Origin: Ascidiella aspersa
Taxonomy: Eukaryota
DNA: 64,000 nt
Assembly (NCBI GenBank): GCA_963924565.1
Contig: OZ004613.1
Coordinates: forward strand, 10,788,001 to 10,852,000
Direction of reading: 5' to 3'
The position numbers were made by a program, and so were the translations under genes. Below the pieces are notes generated by a model. It saw nothing but the letters and a program-made list of their open reading frames with translations, had not been told where the DNA came from and made no database searches. Positions 62,301-64,000 of the stretch are shown one piece after another. Numbering within the stretch: the first letter of the stretch is position 1; each line of letters opens with the position of its first letter.

Positions 62301-63600
62301 CTCGCTATACGTCATTTGCGAGGTGAGTCCGTGAACTGTTCAAATGCAAGTTTGCCGCTTATTTTTCGTGGTTGTGAATTTAAAAGTTTTTTTGTCGTTT
62401 GAATTCAAGTAGTGCGCTTCCGTTTTTTGCAGTTGTAATTTTTGACTACTTGGACTTCAGAGTTTGGCAAAAAATACAAAAAAATACGTATACTTTAATG
62501 TTGAAAGTTACCTATACGGCTTTGGTTTTCTACATTTTATTACAACCTCCAACCATTATGCTTCAAAGTATTTTAGTATTTTTCGGGGTGAACATAAAAG
62601 TATTAAACTTGTTGTTTTTAATAGAATCTGCAGCCCAATTTAATTTTGACAAATATAATTTGGTTCTCTCAATGGGCAGTCAAATTTTTTGTGTGTTTTA
62701 GGCTAATTACAATTCCAGTTTGGTCTTTCTTTTTTACGGTTGTAAAAGATTTAAAGTGAACAATAATAAAGACCATACTTCCATCCGTGTATATAGCTTA
62801 CGTTTTACACAAAGGATTTTTTTTTTAATTTTTCGTGGTGAACATATAAGTATTAAACTTTATGTTTTTAACAAAGTAACCTAATTTAATTTTGACACAT
62901 AAACTTTATTTCTCTCAATGTTCATTAAAATATTTTTTTGGGGGGGTTAATCGCAATCAGAGCGTATGTTACGCAAAAACATAAAAAATGAATTCGTTGC
63001 AATTCACATGTGATATAGTTGTCCATAACCTATTTGCAAGGAATATCGCTTGTTTTTAGAATTCACATATATAAATGAGTAAACTGTAATGCATATTTTT
63101 TAAGCAGCAACTTGACCCTAAAATGCGCGCTAGCAATTTCTTTCTAAAACTCCACAAAACTTATGTGATAAACTCGATACTGCGCCCGCCTATTACTCAA
63201 CAGTCAACAACGTTCCTCGTGTGACGTAGCAATATCCAACTTGTGACGTACAAATCGCCCATTGTCTCCGCAGCCACACCAGCAGCGGACAACGTCGCCA
63301 GCTGCCCGCCACTCAAAACCAGCCTCGACACTATTACTCTAACTCCAACTCGGATCGCTTCTACTCGTACAACTCGAACAACAGCAACTCGGCAGCGCTG
63401 GTCCCCGGGACTTCCCCGCCGCGCCCCATCGCCCGCCCGCGCCCCTCCACGGCCCCCAAGCCCCCGCCACGCTCCTCGTCCATCACCAAGCTGAGTCACC
63501 GCAATTCGGCTGACGTGAGCACTTTGCACCAGGTCTGCCATCCGCGTCAGGCTTCGCTTCCCACCGACTCGACCGTGACCAGAATGTCGGGCGAATTCAG
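26356..63600 (+). CDS. CNKSR2: Connector enhancer of kinase suppressor of Ras (CNK/CNKSR scaffold; SAM-CRIC-PDZ, 3'-partial), spliced
   Basis: Phase-consistent exons. SAM: 26356-26413 (MDAINISNWNNKQVLDWFKG) and 38492-38655 (LDESLQRY..GHQELILDAV). CRIC: 39921-40138 (YGLDTETL..WLDR), 42535-42622, 43653-43723. PDZ: 44692-44908 and 46859-47004 (EGLGLFIK..GDEVVAVNGKAVIGW..MKKRPQ). Further exons: 51556-51741, 52227-52357, 52934-53039 (LPPPPAEPYLP), 53452-53583 (KRSQSPNSMLD), 59557-59739, 62110-62322 (RPLSMP), 63274-63600. The PH domain is expected beyond the window. Family call is firm; the paralog number is nominal. Confidence 0.93.
29945..30278. mobile_element. hAT-type MITE (degenerate)
   Basis: Termini gtgtttctcaac ... 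ggttgagaaacactg with internal ggtcgcc repeats. Confidence 0.65.
32945..32986 (-). ncRNA. Minimal type I hammerhead ribozyme in the PLE 3' region
   Basis: - strand reads ACAAA CUGAUGA U GCCAU-UUAU-AUGGC GAA AUGUAU A UUUGU. It has a complete core, 5-bp stem I, 5-bp stem II, near-palindromic stem III and an AUA cleavage triplet. Confidence 0.8.
33333..34628 (-). pseudogene. PLE reverse transcriptase + GIY-YIG endonuclease ORF, N-terminally truncated, with one in-frame TAG
   Basis: ORFs 34434-34628 and 33333-34427 are in the same frame, joined as ..QIF*(TAG 34436-34434)RFMDD.. The N-terminal RT motifs are missing. Confidence 0.85.
37548..37610. repeat. 22-bp minisatellite, about 3 copies
   Basis: tagaatggtataactgctgtc(g/a) starting at 37548, 37570 and 37592. 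Confidence 0.9.
38212..38491 (+). repeat. Three diverged ~90-100 bp tandem units ending at the CNK exon 2 acceptor
   Basis: cgatttacaaaaaaa..ggataaa(t/a)tcgagatatgact..cgcgtttttc repeated three times. Confidence 0.85.
39085..39690. repeat. Degenerate short-period simple repeat tract (cgtaa/gcatc/aacgc)
   Basis: Recurrent atcgtaacgc-like words throughout the interval. Confidence 0.6.
40160..40325. repeat. Palindromic MITE family member (other copies at about 56958-57100, 57940-58110, 59012-59185, 62520-62570)
   Basis: aatatcaaagcccatacagaagtagg ... cctacttctgtatgggctttgatatt inverted arms, preceded by ggagcataatggttggagg. The same motifs recur at the listed positions. Confidence 0.8.
41060..41510. 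mobile_element. hAT-type MITE
   Basis: TIRs cagtgattctcaacc / ggttgagtatcactg, subterminal gcggctc repeats, perfect TSD ATCTATAT. Confidence 0.88.
45104..45725. repeat. gacttgactt-rich MITE family member with an 82-bp tandem duplication at its left end (relatives at about 2820-3300, 22392-22617)
   Basis: cagtgttg start, many (t)gactt repeats; 45104-45185 is repeated at 45186-45267. Confidence 0.75.
51180..51485. mobile_element. hAT-type MITE
   Basis: Termini cagtggttt ... aaacactg, tgccgc repeats, TSD GGCTACAT/GGTTACAT. Confidence 0.75.
56580..56830 (+). pseudogene. Degenerate THAP-domain-like relic (DNA transposon derived)
   Basis: Cys-rich start, FYRVPVELRRKWIRQL and, after a frame change, RLDLCSVGHFELKYF. 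This resembles the THAP signature C..C..F.FP..R..W..CS.HF. Confidence 0.45.
59763..60159. mobile_element. MITE with CAGACTTGG termini
   Basis: TIRs cagacttggacaactaga / tctagttgcccaagtctg with internal aattctaat repeats. Confidence 0.7.
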
Positions 63601-64000
63601 GTGAGAATCGGTTCGAAATTCTCCGCAGTGCTTGAAATTTTCCGATCTTTAATTTCATGTTTTTTTCGATGTTTTTATTTTACGGCATCTCGGGATAAAA
63701 TAATGAGTAGATTAGGGTACCCTAGAAATTTTGTTTAGTGGTTTACCGTTTTGTCACTATATACGAAACTTGAACAACACAATCCACACATATAGGAAAA
63801 CGTCATTTGATTTATTGCACTCTAATCGTACACAAAGAGCTATATATCAAGAGGCTTACCACTAAGGCAAAAATCAGATTTTTGAAGAGTCCCAAATACG
63901 GTTTGGCACCCTTGAGTGGTAAAAATGGCACTCCAGTGCGGAACCCCGGCAGGGAACCACTGTTATATGTAGAAAAAACTTTCCTATCCCTCTAATTGAG

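Noticed and set aside
63197-63658. 153-aa - strand ORF and the listed + ORF 63243-63494
   Set aside because: Antisense and wrong-frame shadows of the GC-rich CNK exon 63274-63600.

Overview
Eukaryotic, intron-rich, AT-rich animal DNA; an invertebrate chordate such as an ascidian is my unverified guess. The ORF track is mostly spurious or fragmentary because the real genes are spliced. I reconstructed three + strand multi-exon genes by hand from splice sites and reading-frame phase. (1) The 3' part of an SLC5A5/6/8/12-type sodium:solute symporter (830-11093), with one GC-AG intron. (2) A complete RDH11-14-like short-chain dehydrogenase/reductase (18624-23195, 343 aa). (3) The 5' part of a connector enhancer of KSR (CNK/CNKSR) scaffold with SAM, CRIC, PDZ and a PPPPAEPY region (26356 to past the window end). 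Between genes 1 and 2, on the - strand, is a candidate 84-aa single-pass membrane microprotein gene. CNK intron 1 carries a 5'-truncated antisense Penelope-like retroelement (RT plus GIY-YIG) with a recognisable minimal hammerhead ribozyme downstream of its ORF. A second, tiny hammerhead-bearing element with inverted ends lies sense in an SLC5 intron. Introns hold many hAT-type MITEs with 8-bp TSDs, fold-back elements, a THAP-domain relic and local duplications of splice-acceptor regions. Several phase-compatible candidate internal first or last exons suggest CNK may also be expressed as split isoforms, reminiscent of CNKSR3/IPCEF1.
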